Shown here: piece by piece, positions 36,567-46,193 of the stretch
Layout of the letters: every line of letters starts with the position of its first letter
How positions within the stretch are numbered: the first letter of the stretch is position 1
Assembly: GCA_965279525.1 (NCBI GenBank)
Contig: CBDIIB010000004.1
Span: forward strand, 896,001 to 960,000
Length of the DNA: 64,000 nucleotides
From: Tagaea sp.
GTDB lineage: Bacteria; Pseudomonadota; Alphaproteobacteria; CACIAM-22H2
Direction: 5' to 3'
The notes under the pieces: generated by a model
Database searches by the model: none
Seen by the model: the letters and a program-made list of their open reading frames with translations, nothing else
What the model was told of the DNA's origin: nothing
Program-made: the position numbers and the translations under genes

Positions 36567-38015
36567 CTACTTCGCGAAGCTGTAGGCGGTCTTGACGGTC
36601 GTATAGAACTCCTTGGCGTACGCACCCTGCTCGCGCGGGCCGTAGCTGGAGCCTTTCCGGCCGCCGAACGGGACGTGATAGTCCACGCCCGCCGTCGGCA
36701 GGTTGACCATCACCATGCCGGCCTCGCTGTTGCGCTTGAAGTGCGTGGCGTGCTTCAAGCTCGACGTGCAGATGCCTGCCGACAGGCCGAACTCAGTGTC
36801 GTTCGCCACCGCCAGCGCCTCGTCGTAATCCTTGACGCGGATCACGTTGGCAACCGGTCCGAAGACCTCTTCGCGCGAGATGCGCATCGCATTCGTCGTC
36901 TCCGAGAACAGCGCCGGCTGGAGATAGAAGCCCGGCGTCGAGCGGTTGAGGAGCTCGCCACCCCAGACGAGCTTGGCGCCCTCGGACTGCGCGATCTTGA
37001 TGTACTCAAGGTCAGTGTCGAGCTGCGACTTGTCGACGACGGGGCCGATATGGGTGCCTGCCTTCAGCGCATCATCAACAACCAGGCCCTTCAGGCGCTC
37101 GACCGTCGCGGCGACAAACTTGTCATGAATGCCGGCCTGGACGATCAGGCGTGAAGACGCCGTGCAGCGCTGTCCCGTGGAGAAGTAGGCACCATTGACG
37201 GCACATTCGACGGCAGTCGCGAGGTCGGCATCGTCGAGCACGACGAGCGGGTTCTTGCCACCCATCTCGAGCTGTACCTTCTTCATCGGGTTCGACGCGA
37301 TGCACGCTGCCGCCACCTTGCGGCCCGTACCCACAGAACCGGTGAAGCTGATTGCCGCGATGTCCTTGTGCTCGAGCAGCGCCTGGCCGACGACGGAACC
37401 GCGACCCATGACGAGATTGAGCACGCCCTTGGGCAGGCCGGCACGGTTGAGGATGTCGACCAGCGCCCAGGCGCAGGCCGGCGTCAGATCGGCGGGCTTC
37501 ATGACGACGCAGTTGCCGTAGGCAAGCGCCGGGGCGGCCTTCCAGGCCGGGATCGCGATGGGAAAGTTCCAAGGCGTGATCAAGCCGACGACGCCGATAG
37601 GCTCGCGCGTCACTTCCACGCCCACGCCAGGACGGATCGACGGGATCGCTTCGCCGCCGAGGCGCACGCACTCGCCAGCGAAGAAGGCCAGAATCTGACC
37701 CGCACGCGTGGCTTCGCCAATGCCCTCGGGCAACGTCTTGCCTTCTTCACGCGACAGGAGCTTGCCCAGTTCTTCGCGCCGGGCGAGCACCTCGTCCGAT
37801 GCCTTTTTCAGGATCTCGTAGCGCTCCTGACCCGTCGTGCGGCTCCAGGCCGGAAAGGCGGCCTTTGCAGCGGCGACGGCCGCATTGAGGTCGGCGACAG
37901 TGCCTTGCGCGTAGTCGTTCACGACGTCGTTCGTGTTCGACGGATTGATGTCCTTGGAGGCGTTACCGCCAGCCGTCCATTCGCCGCCAATCAGGTTCTT
38001 GAGCATCTCGGTCAT
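36567..38015 (-). CDS. Aldehyde dehydrogenase, 2,5-dioxopentanoate (KGSA) dehydrogenase-like
   Basis: ITPWNFPIAIPAWK, LEMGGKNP, GQRCTA, EEVFGP, VDYHVPFGGRKGSSYGPREQG; adjacent to a XylX-like gene. Confidence 0.85.
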   Translation of the reverse strand: MTEMLKNLIGGEWTAGGNASKDINPSNTNDVVNDYAQGTVADLNAAVAAAKAAFPAWSRTTGQERYEILKKASDEVLARREELGKLLSREEGKTLPEGIGEATRAGQILAFFAGECVRLGGEAIPSIRPGVGVEVTREPIGVVGLITPWNFPIAIPAWKAAPALAYGNCVVMKPADLTPACAWALVDILNRAGLPKGVLNLVMGRGSVVGQALLEHKDIAAISFTGSVGTGRKVAAACIASNPMKKVQLEMGGKNPLVVLDDADLATAVECAVNGAYFSTGQRCTASSRLIVQAGIHDKFVAATVERLKGLVVDDALKAGTHIGPVVDKSQLDTDLEYIKIAQSEGAKLVWGGELLNRSTPGFYLQPALFSETTNAMRISREEVFGPVANVIRVKDYDEALAVANDTEFGLSAGICTSSLKHATHFKRNSEAGMVMVNLPTAGVDYHVPFGGRKGSSYGPREQGAYAKEFYTTVKTAYSFAK

Positions 38016-38031
38016 AGAAAAGACTCCGTCT

Positions 38032-39210
38032 TTACTGTTTGAGAAGGCCGCGCTTGGCCAGGTTTCGATAAAGATGGCTCACGCCGAACATCCACGGCGG
38101 CGCCTTGTCGGACGTCGCGATCCTGTTCGTGAGCGCGCCGAGCTTGGATGCTGAAATCGTCACGATATCGCCGACCTTGTGCGTGAAGCCCTGCCCGGGC
38201 CCCTCGCGGTCCTGCACGGGTGCGAACATCGTGCCGAGAAAGAGAACAAGTCCATCCGGATACTGGTGGCTGGCGCCGATCGCCTGTCCGGCGATGTCCG
38301 CAGGATCGCGGCTGATCAGCTTGAGCGATGACATGCCCTCCATCCGGAAATTGTCTTCGCCTGCGACAACAAGCTCGACATCCATCCGGCGCACGTCGTC
38401 GAGCGTGAAGCTGCCGTCGAAAAGGCGGACGAACGGGCCGATCGCGCAGCTCGCGTTATTGTCCTTCGCCTTGCCAAGAAGCAGTGCCGACCTGCCTTCG
38501 ACATCGCGCAGGTTGACATCGTTGCCGAGTGTCGCGCCAACGATGCGGCCGGAAGACGCGATCACGAGAACGACTTCGGGCTCAGGATTGTTCCAGCGCG
38601 ACACCGGATGGATGCCGGCGGTTGCCCCCGTGCCGACCGACGACATCGGTTGCGACTTCGTGAAAATCTCGGCGTCCGGACCAATGCCGACTTCCAGATA
38701 CTGGCTCCACGCATTCTTGGCGATCAGCCACTCTTTCAGCTTTGCGGCTTCCGCCGAGCCGGGCTTCAGGCGCTGGAGATCGCCGCCGATCAGGTCGAGC
38801 ACTTCCTTGCGCGCGGCGGCGGCAAGTTCCGGTGCCCCGCGCGTGCGTTCTTCGATGACGCGTTCGAGCATCGAGGCGACGAACGTCACGCCGGCAGCCT
38901 TGACGGCCTGAAGGTCGATGGGGGCAATGAACCAGGGTTTTTTCGGATCGCGCTTCGCCTCGTCGCCGTTGGCGAGGAGAGCCTCCACCGTGCCGATCAA
39001 ATCGCCCTTCGCCTTTGCGAGCGCAGTAGCCGGGTCAGCCTGCTCGCACAGGTCGCGAACGGTCGGAAAGATCGCGGTCACGTCGACGACGTCGCCACCT
39101 CGGATCGCGACGACGCTGGGCCCGTCCGCCTCCGGTCGCCATACCCGCCCGACAAGTGTCGCCGTTGCGGAATCCTTCGGAAGTGTTCCTGAAAAATCGA
39201 TCGGTTTCAT
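38032..39210 (-). CDS. Fumarylacetoacetate hydrolase family protein, XylX-like 2-keto-3-deoxy-pentonate dehydratase
   Basis: QAVKAAGVTF, WSQYLEVGIGPDAEIFTK, WNNPEPE, GNDVNLRDVEGRSALLL, GTMFAP. Confidence 0.82.
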   Translation of the reverse strand: MKPIDFSGTLPKDSATATLVGRVWRPEADGPSVVAIRGGDVVDVTAIFPTVRDLCEQADPATALAKAKGDLIGTVEALLANGDEAKRDPKKPWFIAPIDLQAVKAAGVTFVASMLERVIEERTRGAPELAAAARKEVLDLIGGDLQRLKPGSAEAAKLKEWLIAKNAWSQYLEVGIGPDAEIFTKSQPMSSVGTGATAGIHPVSRWNNPEPEVVLVIASSGRIVGATLGNDVNLRDVEGRSALLLGKAKDNNASCAIGPFVRLFDGSFTLDDVRRMDVELVVAGEDNFRMEGMSSLKLISRDPADIAGQAIGASHQYPDGLVLFLGTMFAPVQDREGPGQGFTHKVGDIVTISASKLGALTNRIATSDKAPPWMFGVSHLYRNLAKRGLLKQ

Positions 39211-39419
39211 CCCTCGCGGCCTCACAGTTTTGACAATCCGGTTCCAGGCTGGCGCAGTTGCCCCATACATCGCTTGCGCGCCAATGGCCATCTTCGTGGC
39301 TTTCCCAGCATCGAATATCAGGATTCAAGCTGCATTTCTTCGAAAATCGCATGATTTTCAGTTTACTGGCGCATGCCGACGATAGCGGCAATGCGGCCCG
39401 ACCCAAGACGCAACTCCGC

Positions 39420-42335
39420 CTAGCGGAATCGCTCGATCCGGAAGGGTGTGACGTCGAAATCCGGATCGCGGCCGGCGATCAGCGATGCGGTAAGACGTCC
39501 CACGATCGGGCCCAGCGTATAGCCGTTGGAAGTGACGGCATTGTAGAAGCCGGGGACACCCGGGACTTCACCGACTAGCGGTGCACCGTCCAGATTTACA
39601 TTCATCGCCGCCCATCCGCGCAGGATGTTGTAGCCGTCGAGTGCCGGAACGACGCGTCGGGCAACCCAGAGATTTCCCTCAAGCGAGCCGCGCAGCACGC
39701 GCGGCAGGCCCGTGGCCGGTTCGGCCGCCGCCGTCCAGCCCCCACCGATGACAAAGCCGCCGGTGTCGGCCTGCTTGAGGGTCAAATGGCGGTCGGCATG
39801 TGCGACGAGTTGAGTGACGATCTTGGGACCCGGCGTCGTCACGACGATCTGGAGCGGTGCACCCTTGACCGGCACGTCAATGCCGACCATCCGGCCGATC
39901 CGCGGGCTCCACGGTCCGGCAGCGTTGACGATTCGCCGGCATTCGATATCGCCTCGCCCCGTCCGAACGAGAAACCCGCGCGACTTCCGCTCGATGGCGA
40001 TCACATCGGCGCCACTCCGGAATTGAGCACCATGTGCCTTGGCAAGCCGAACGACGGCATAGGTCGCAATCGCCGGATTGATCTTTCCCTCAAGCGGGCA
40101 ATAGGCCGCACCGACCAGTCGCTCGGAAAGCGCCGGAGCCAGAGACCGAAGTTCATTGCGCCCGATGACCTCGCATTCGACTCCATGGCTTCGCTCGAGA
40201 GCGACCTTCGCGGCAAGAAACGCCATATCTCGGTCGGTCTCGGCAACCATCAGGCCGCCAGTCGTCCGTATTTCCAGATCGATACCGGATGCATCGCCTA
40301 TCGAACGCCATAGCTCAATCGCAGCAGGGCCAAGGGCGAGCGTCTTGGCTGCAGGACCGCCGCCGGCCTGCGCCTTGGCCCCGAAGTCGAAAGAGAGAAG
40401 CTGTACATGCAGGCTTCCGGCATTGGCACCCGAGGCCTGAAGATTCGGCTCGTCGCGCTCGACGACGATCGTCTCGATGCCGGCCTGTGCGAGCGCCAAC
40501 GCGCAAGACGATCCGAGGATGCCACCACCGATAACAAGTGCATCTGTCGAGAGGTCCTCGCAATCAGACGCATGTGCAGACTGCGTGCGCTCGGCGATCG
40601 GCAACGGCGCTTCGACCTCCCGGTGCCCGCCCCATTCCGCTTGCTCGAACGCAAGTGCCGACAAGGGAACGGGCTTCGCCGGCACGCGTGGCGCAAACAG
40701 GTCGAATTCCCCCGGCAGACGCCCGGTCTTGGACTGGACAAACCTTGCGAGGGTTGCCGCACAGTTTCGCCCCTGGCAGCGTCCCATGCCGGCACGTGTC
40801 TGGCGCTTGACGGCGCCGAGCGACTGCTCGCCGTCCTCAAGGCATGTGCGGACGGCACCGGCTGTCACCTCCTCGCACCTGCAGACGATCGCGGAATCGG
40901 GGATCGCGGCCACGTCGAAGGGCGGCTGGCCGTAAATCCGCCATAGCACCTGCTGGAACCGGGTCGCCCCAGCAAGCGACCGGCGCGCACTTTCAATCCC
41001 GCCGATCGGCACGGATTTTCCGAGTGCTTCGCATACGGCAGCGCCTGCCAGAATTCCGCGAGCGATGGCAATTCGCGAACCACCGATGTCCGCACCGTCG
41101 CCGATCACATACACGCCGGGGACATTGGTTGCGCCGCAATCGTCTGTCTGTGCGGCAAGATAGCCGACATGCCGATCGACGAAACGGTGAGCCACACCAA
41201 GCTGCCGGGATATCTCGCTTGATGGGACAAATCCATAACCCATTGCGAGAACGTCGCCCGACAGGAGGCTTCCGTCATCAAGCCTTACTGATCCAAACGT
41301 TCCGACTGCATTCGCATCGATGGCCACGACCCGCCGCCCCCAGAGTACGGGAACGCCGGAAGCCTTCAGCCGTCGAAGCATGGAGACCCCGTCTCGCACC
41401 AGATCCGGCGCCGCCGCGAACAGCCGCAAAGCGTCCGGGAAGCTGCCGATTCCAGGTTGGTCCGCGACCTCGACAACCGCCACGACCTCAGCACCCCCCT
41501 CGATCAACTCGACGGCCGTCTGGATGTTGAGGGGACCGTTCCCTGCCACGATCGTCCGCCTCCCCGGCGCCACGCGATAGCTCCGCGCCAGCGTCTGCGC
41601 GGCACCCGTCGTCATGACCCCGGGGATCGTCCATCCGGGAACCGGAACGGGCCGTTCATAGGCTCCCGCGGCGATCACAACCCGTCGGGCGTTAAAGAGC
41701 ACCGCACGTCCATCCACGATTGCCGCTATCTCATCGACCGCGAATGCGCCCCAGACGACCGCGTCAGAGATGATCTCCACGCCAGCCGTTCGGACATCCA
41801 ACTCGAGTTCGGTGCCGGCGAGAAACTGCTTGTCCGCTCCGCCTTCAGCGAATGCATGCGACGGGCCCAGTGGCTTGAAATACTGCCCGCCCGGATGCGG
41901 GCGCTCGTCGAGCAGGATGACCGAAAGCCCGGCCTTGGCGGCGACCAGGGCGGCATTGAGGCCGGCGGGCCCTGCCCCGACGACGAGCAGATCGACCGCC
42001 CGTGCTTCCGGTGCCTCCGACGGCGGTGGGACAAGCGACTGCGGGTCGGCTGGGGCGTTCGACGATACCTTCATGCCGTCGACGACCTTGACGAGACAGG
42101 CACGCTGCTCCGGCCGGCCATCGACCGTCACGACACATTCGAAGCATGCCCCCATGCCGCACCACAGGCCGCGCGGCGCGCCCGATCTGGCGCTGCGCAG
42201 CGTCAGGATGCCGGCTGCAGTCAACGCTGCTGCGACGGTCTCTCCTTCGATCGCCGGTAAATCACGTTCGTCAAAGCGGAACGCAATGTCACGACCGACG
42301 GGCCGGACCCGTCGACTTGCAAGGCGAAGCTTCAA
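39420..42335 (-). CDS. Three-domain fusion: 2Fe-2S ferredoxin + FAD/NAD oxidoreductase with BFD-like Fe-S + DAO-family flavoprotein (HcnA-HcnB-HcnC / opine oxidase type)
   Basis: CGMGACFEC...RAC; VGAGPAG; VCRCEEV...GMGRCQGRNC; IGGGILG...SGANAG...GYTLGP in one 971-aa frame; TTG start overlaps the upstream stop. Confidence 0.85.
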   Translation of the reverse strand: MKLRLASRRVRPVGRDIAFRFDERDLPAIEGETVAAALTAAGILTLRSARSGAPRGLWCGMGACFECVVTVDGRPEQRACLVKVVDGMKVSSNAPADPQSLVPPPSEAPEARAVDLLVVGAGPAGLNAALVAAKAGLSVILLDERPHPGGQYFKPLGPSHAFAEGGADKQFLAGTELELDVRTAGVEIISDAVVWGAFAVDEIAAIVDGRAVLFNARRVVIAAGAYERPVPVPGWTIPGVMTTGAAQTLARSYRVAPGRRTIVAGNGPLNIQTAVELIEGGAEVVAVVEVADQPGIGSFPDALRLFAAAPDLVRDGVSMLRRLKASGVPVLWGRRVVAIDANAVGTFGSVRLDDGSLLSGDVLAMGYGFVPSSEISRQLGVAHRFVDRHVGYLAAQTDDCGATNVPGVYVIGDGADIGGSRIAIARGILAGAAVCEALGKSVPIGGIESARRSLAGATRFQQVLWRIYGQPPFDVAAIPDSAIVCRCEEVTAGAVRTCLEDGEQSLGAVKRQTRAGMGRCQGRNCAATLARFVQSKTGRLPGEFDLFAPRVPAKPVPLSALAFEQAEWGGHREVEAPLPIAERTQSAHASDCEDLSTDALVIGGGILGSSCALALAQAGIETIVVERDEPNLQASGANAGSLHVQLLSFDFGAKAQAGGGPAAKTLALGPAAIELWRSIGDASGIDLEIRTTGGLMVAETDRDMAFLAAKVALERSHGVECEVIGRNELRSLAPALSERLVGAAYCPLEGKINPAIATYAVVRLAKAHGAQFRSGADVIAIERKSRGFLVRTGRGDIECRRIVNAAGPWSPRIGRMVGIDVPVKGAPLQIVVTTPGPKIVTQLVAHADRHLTLKQADTGGFVIGGGWTAAAEPATGLPRVLRGSLEGNLWVARRVVPALDGYNILRGWAAMNVNLDGAPLVGEVPGVPGFYNAVTSNGYTLGPIVGRLTASLIAGRDPDFDVTPFRIERFR

Positions 42336-43213
42336 AGTCGCGTCCCGTGCCAGCCGGCTTCGCGCTTGCTCCAGTAAAGTTCGTTGAGCTTGCGCGTGAT
42401 CGGTCCTGGAGCTCCACCGCGGACCATGCGGCCGGCGACCTCTCGCACACCGAGTGCCGCCCCGGATGTCGAGCAGGTAAAGACCTCATCGGCGACAAAC
42501 AGGTCGAACGCCGTTATGGCAGCACCCTCCACGGGAATGCGCAGCTCCTCCGCCAGATCGAAAAAGGTCCGACGGGTAATGCCGTGCAATACGCCGAGTG
42601 CGGGCGTCCGCAGCACGCCATCCTTGACGAGAAATACGTTTGAACGGGGCGCTTCCTCGACAAAGCCTTGCGCCGAAAGCCAGACGACATCGTCGAAACC
42701 GGAATCCAGCGCCTCGATCTTCGCGAGCTGATACTGCAGTCGCGCGGTGTGCTTGTATCGCGGGTCGAGCGTATCCGGTGCCATGCCGCGCTGATGGCCG
42801 ATCTGCAGCCGGATACCTTTCTCGCGCTGTTCCGGTGTTCCGAGGTGGGCATAGGGTGTGGCGAACGCCCGAACACTCGGCGTGGCCATCCGGGGATCGG
42901 TATTGCCCTGCTTCAGGAGACCACGCGTGACGATGATCTTGATCGCGGCGTCCTGCAGGTTGTTGCGCCGGGCGGTCTCGCAGACGACGGCACTCCATCT
43001 GTCCCGATCGAGGCCGGTCTCGATCCTTGCAGCATGCAGCGTATCGACGAGCCGGGCGACATGGGCCTCGAGCTGAAAAACGAAACCTTTCCATGCCGAC
43101 ACGACCTCGTAGACTCCATCGCCGAACTGGACGCCCAGGTCGAACGGAGAAAGTCGCGCCTGGCTTTCCGGAACATACGCACCGTCGCAGTAGAGAATGG
43201 GTTCGCTGGACAT
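42332..43213 (-). CDS. Fold-type IV PLP enzyme (D-amino acid/branched-chain aminotransferase or ADC-lyase-like)
   Basis: GDGVYEV, HVARL, catalytic Lys in PRYKH, EEAPRSN, LHGITRR, ADEVF. Confidence 0.85.
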   Translation of the reverse strand: MSSEPILYCDGAYVPESQARLSPFDLGVQFGDGVYEVVSAWKGFVFQLEAHVARLVDTLHAARIETGLDRDRWSAVVCETARRNNLQDAAIKIIVTRGLLKQGNTDPRMATPSVRAFATPYAHLGTPEQREKGIRLQIGHQRGMAPDTLDPRYKHTARLQYQLAKIEALDSGFDDVVWLSAQGFVEEAPRSNVFLVKDGVLRTPALGVLHGITRRTFFDLAEELRIPVEGAAITAFDLFVADEVFTCSTSGAALGVREVAGRMVRGGAPGPITRKLNELYWSKREAGWHGTRL

Positions 43214-43230
43214 CGTTTCCGGTTCCTGTC

Positions 43231-44253
43231 TCAGGCGCCGCCGGTCAGGAAGCGGCGCGGATTGTCGCGCATAAGGGTGTCGATCTCGGCTGCGGTGAAC
43301 CCACGGTCGCGCATCAGCCCGGTGACGTTCGCCGGCAGATGTGCGTAGCCATGGCCGCCGAATGCGCCCAGACGGGTCCGTGTGCAAATGTCGTGCGACA
43401 GCAGCACGCGTCCGCCAAATCCTTCCGCAATGGCCTGCCGCACGTAGCGCAGGCGCATCCAGTCCGTCGGCAGGTCGGCGACCCCGAACCAGTAGTTCGA
43501 AGTCTCGATGCCGAAGAAGTCGAACTCGATCCAGCATCCGCGCGCCGCCAGGGCCGCTATTGAAGGAAAATCGAAATACGTCCGATCGACATGGCTTATC
43601 GCCACGCGCGCCGGGTCGGCCCCCGACCTTTCAAGAATGTCGAGGATCTCGTGCGGCGCGTCCGGATGGCGTCCCGGATGCACGTTGATCGACAGTCCGG
43701 TCCGGCGTTGTGCGATCGCAGAGGCCTCAAGTGACCGGCGCTCGAAATCGGCCAGCGGCCAACTGCAGCCGACCTCGCCGATCAGGCCGGCACGGATACC
43801 GGTTGCGAGAAAGCCCTCGCTTGCCTGGAGTTCGATCCGGTCGGCGAGCCACGCCACATCCCGCGACCGCGTGCCGGAATCGACGAAGTCTGCCGTGTAG
43901 AACCCGGCGCCGGCGACGATCGCCACGCCGGTCTTGCGCGACAGTTCCACAAGCCCGGCCGGATCCGGTCCGATTCCATCGGTCGTCAATTCGAAGATCG
44001 TGTTGCCGCCGGCCGAAGCGAAAGCGTGCAATTCGCCTTCCGCCACATCGCGCTGGGACAGTCGATGGTTGCCCTTGAATGCCGTCGGCCGGTAGGCGAT
44101 CGCGTGGGTATTCCCAAGGGTAATCTCGACGTCGCGAATTGCCGGGTCGCGAAGCGCAAGTGGCGTGACATCGCAAAGCACATGTTCGTGCGGAAGCACG
44201 AGGCCGAGCCGTGAAGCCGGCATTTCCCCGAGAACGGTCATTACCTTGGTCAT
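43231..44253 (-). CDS. Phosphotriesterase-related (PTER/Php) amidohydrolase
   Basis: PHEH, IGEVGCSWPL, HPGR, SHVDRT, EFDFFG, SHDI, GGHGY, NP. Confidence 0.88.
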   Translation of the reverse strand: MTKVMTVLGEMPASRLGLVLPHEHVLCDVTPLALRDPAIRDVEITLGNTHAIAYRPTAFKGNHRLSQRDVAEGELHAFASAGGNTIFELTTDGIGPDPAGLVELSRKTGVAIVAGAGFYTADFVDSGTRSRDVAWLADRIELQASEGFLATGIRAGLIGEVGCSWPLADFERRSLEASAIAQRRTGLSINVHPGRHPDAPHEILDILERSGADPARVAISHVDRTYFDFPSIAALAARGCWIEFDFFGIETSNYWFGVADLPTDWMRLRYVRQAIAEGFGGRVLLSHDICTRTRLGAFGGHGYAHLPANVTGLMRDRGFTAAEIDTLMRDNPRRFLTGGA

Positions 44254-44339
44254 GCCGCCTCGGGCCCGAATCCTGCACTTGCGAAGTGTCGCCTGTTGAC
44301 GACAGTATCCTCCCGAATGTCATACAACTGGCTTGGAAA

Positions 44340-45224
44340 ATGGCGAAGAAATTCCGCGGCACATTTACGGTCCTGATCACGCCTTTCAGCGATGACGGCC
44401 GGACAGTCGATCTCAAGGCGTTGACCGACCTCGTCAATTGGCAGATCGAGCAGGGCATTCACGGGCTTATCCCGCTTGGCTCGACGGGCGAGTTCCTGTC
44501 GCTGACGGATGCCGAAGCCGAAGCCGTCGCCGAGACGACAATCAAGGCGGCTGCCGGGCGCGTGCCGGTGCTGATCGGTACGGGTGCCGAGTTTACGGAC
44601 GAGTCGATCCGCCTTTCCCGGCGCGCCGAGAAACTGGGCGCGGACGGCGTGATGATCATCCCGCCCTTCTATTCGACTCCGACCGACGACGAGCTGTTCG
44701 TTCACTACCGGCGTATCGGCGAGGCCATCGGCATCCCGATCATGATCTACAACAATCCTGCGACGGCGAATGTCGACATGCGACCACCGACGGTCCAGCG
44801 GCTCAGCCAGATCGACAATGTCCGCTACATCAAGGAATCGACGCTCGAAGTGACGCGGGTCCGCGACATCATCGAGCTGTGCGGCGACCGGATGACGGTT
44901 TTCGCCGGAATCCTCGGATACGAGTCGTTCTGGCTCGGGGCACAAGGCTGGGTCGCCGTCTGCTCGAACCTGATGCCGAAGGAATCCGCGCGACTTTTCG
45001 AGCTTGTCGCCGATGCGAAAGACCAGCCGGCGGCACTCGCCGCCTACCGCCGCATGCTCCCGATCGTCCGTTGGGTCGGCGGGCAACGCTACGTCTCGGC
45101 CACAAAAGCCGGGTTCGCCATGATGGGGCGCCCGGTCGGGCCGCCACGCCCGCCCCGCCTGCCGCTGCCGGCCGAAGATGCCGCCGTCCTGCGGAAGGAC
45201 CTCGCCTCGCTCGGCCTTGTCTGA
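44340..45224 (+). CDS. DapA-family class I aldolase/lyase
   Basis: ITPF, GSTGE, IYNNP, YIKES. Confidence 0.88.
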   Translation: MAKKFRGTFTVLITPFSDDGRTVDLKALTDLVNWQIEQGIHGLIPLGSTGEFLSLTDAEAEAVAETTIKAAAGRVPVLIGTGAEFTDESIRLSRRAEKLGADGVMIIPPFYSTPTDDELFVHYRRIGEAIGIPIMIYNNPATANVDMRPPTVQRLSQIDNVRYIKESTLEVTRVRDIIELCGDRMTVFAGILGYESFWLGAQGWVAVCSNLMPKESARLFELVADAKDQPAALAAYRRMLPIVRWVGGQRYVSATKAGFAMMGRPVGPPRPPRLPLPAEDAAVLRKDLASLGLV

Positions 45225-45237
45225 TCCGTTCCCCGGA

Positions 45238-46131
45238 TCAGCCGGCGGATTGGCCGAGATACCAATCGAGAATCTCCTCGCCCGTCCACATGACGACGTC
45301 CTTGTGGCCGAGAATGTGATCGTAGAGCTTTTCAAGATAGCCGATGCGGTGCGGAACGCCAGTCAGGTAGGGATGGATCGAGATCGCCATCACGCGCGGG
45401 ATGCTCGCACCCTCCAGATAGAGCCGGTCGAACTGGTCTCGTCCCCTGCGGAAAATCTCGTCGGACGGCTGATGCTGCAGTGCCGACATCATCACGTCGT
45501 TGATCTCGACCGTATAGGGGATCGACGTGATCTTGCCCGTGCGGGTGCGCATCGCGACGGGCTGGTCGTCCAGCACCCAATCGGCGACGTACTCGATCCC
45601 CGCTTCGGCGAGGAGGTCGAGGGTCTCGTCCGTCTCCGTCAGCCCAGGACTTTCCCAGCCGCGCGGCGGCCTGCCGGTGAACGCGCGGATTGCGGCGATC
45701 GTATCGGCAATGGCTCCTCGCTGGTCTTCGACCTTGTGCATGGGTTTTTGCACGAACCCGTGCCCCATGAATTCCCAGCCGGCACGCAGGGCCGCGGCAC
45801 AGGCTTTTTCGTAGACGCGGCAGGCCGAGCCATTGACCGCCATCGTCGCCTTTAGACCACGCGCCGACAGAACATCCAGAAAGCGCCAGAATCCGACCCG
45901 CATTCCGTACTCGTGCCACGACCAGTTCGGAACGTCGGGTAGCAGTGTCTGGCCCATCGGCGGCGGAACCACCGTCCGCGGCATCGGTGCCGTCGGACTC
46001 CAGTTCTCGACATTGACGATCGTCCAGACGGCGACCCGTGCGCCGCCCGGCAGCACAAGCTTCGGACGTTCCGTTATCGGCGAATAGCCGACACGGCCGG
46101 CGACAGTGGACCCAATCTGGAATTCGGTCAT
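45238..46131 (-). CDS. Polysaccharide deacetylase family protein (PuuE-like)
   Basis: NVENW, WSWHEYGMRVG, FMGHG, DDQP, SIHPYLTG. Confidence 0.85.
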   Translation of the reverse strand: MTEFQIGSTVAGRVGYSPITERPKLVLPGGARVAVWTIVNVENWSPTAPMPRTVVPPPMGQTLLPDVPNWSWHEYGMRVGFWRFLDVLSARGLKATMAVNGSACRVYEKACAAALRAGWEFMGHGFVQKPMHKVEDQRGAIADTIAAIRAFTGRPPRGWESPGLTETDETLDLLAEAGIEYVADWVLDDQPVAMRTRTGKITSIPYTVEINDVMMSALQHQPSDEIFRRGRDQFDRLYLEGASIPRVMAISIHPYLTGVPHRIGYLEKLYDHILGHKDVVMWTGEEILDWYLGQSAG

Positions 46132-46156
46132 CGTTGCGCCTTCCCGGCGAAAGGCG

Positions 46157-46187
46157 GGCGGCGCGGCGTATCAGGCGCCGCGCCGCC
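46157..46187 (-). terminator. Hairpin 3' of the binding-protein gene
   Basis: GGCGGCGCGGCG / CGCCGCGCCGCC 12-bp stem. Confidence 0.55.
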
Positions 46188-46193
46188 GCCAGC

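Noticed and set aside
39342-39359. Inverted repeat GAAAATC-N4-GATTTTC between the fused oxidoreductase and the XylX-like gene
   Set aside because: Could be an operator but is short, single-copy and cannot be tied to a regulator
42332-43537. 401-aa version of the fold-IV enzyme, suggesting an extra N-terminal domain
   Set aside because: The extension is an alternative frame of the PTER-like gene; homology begins at MSSEPIL (43213)
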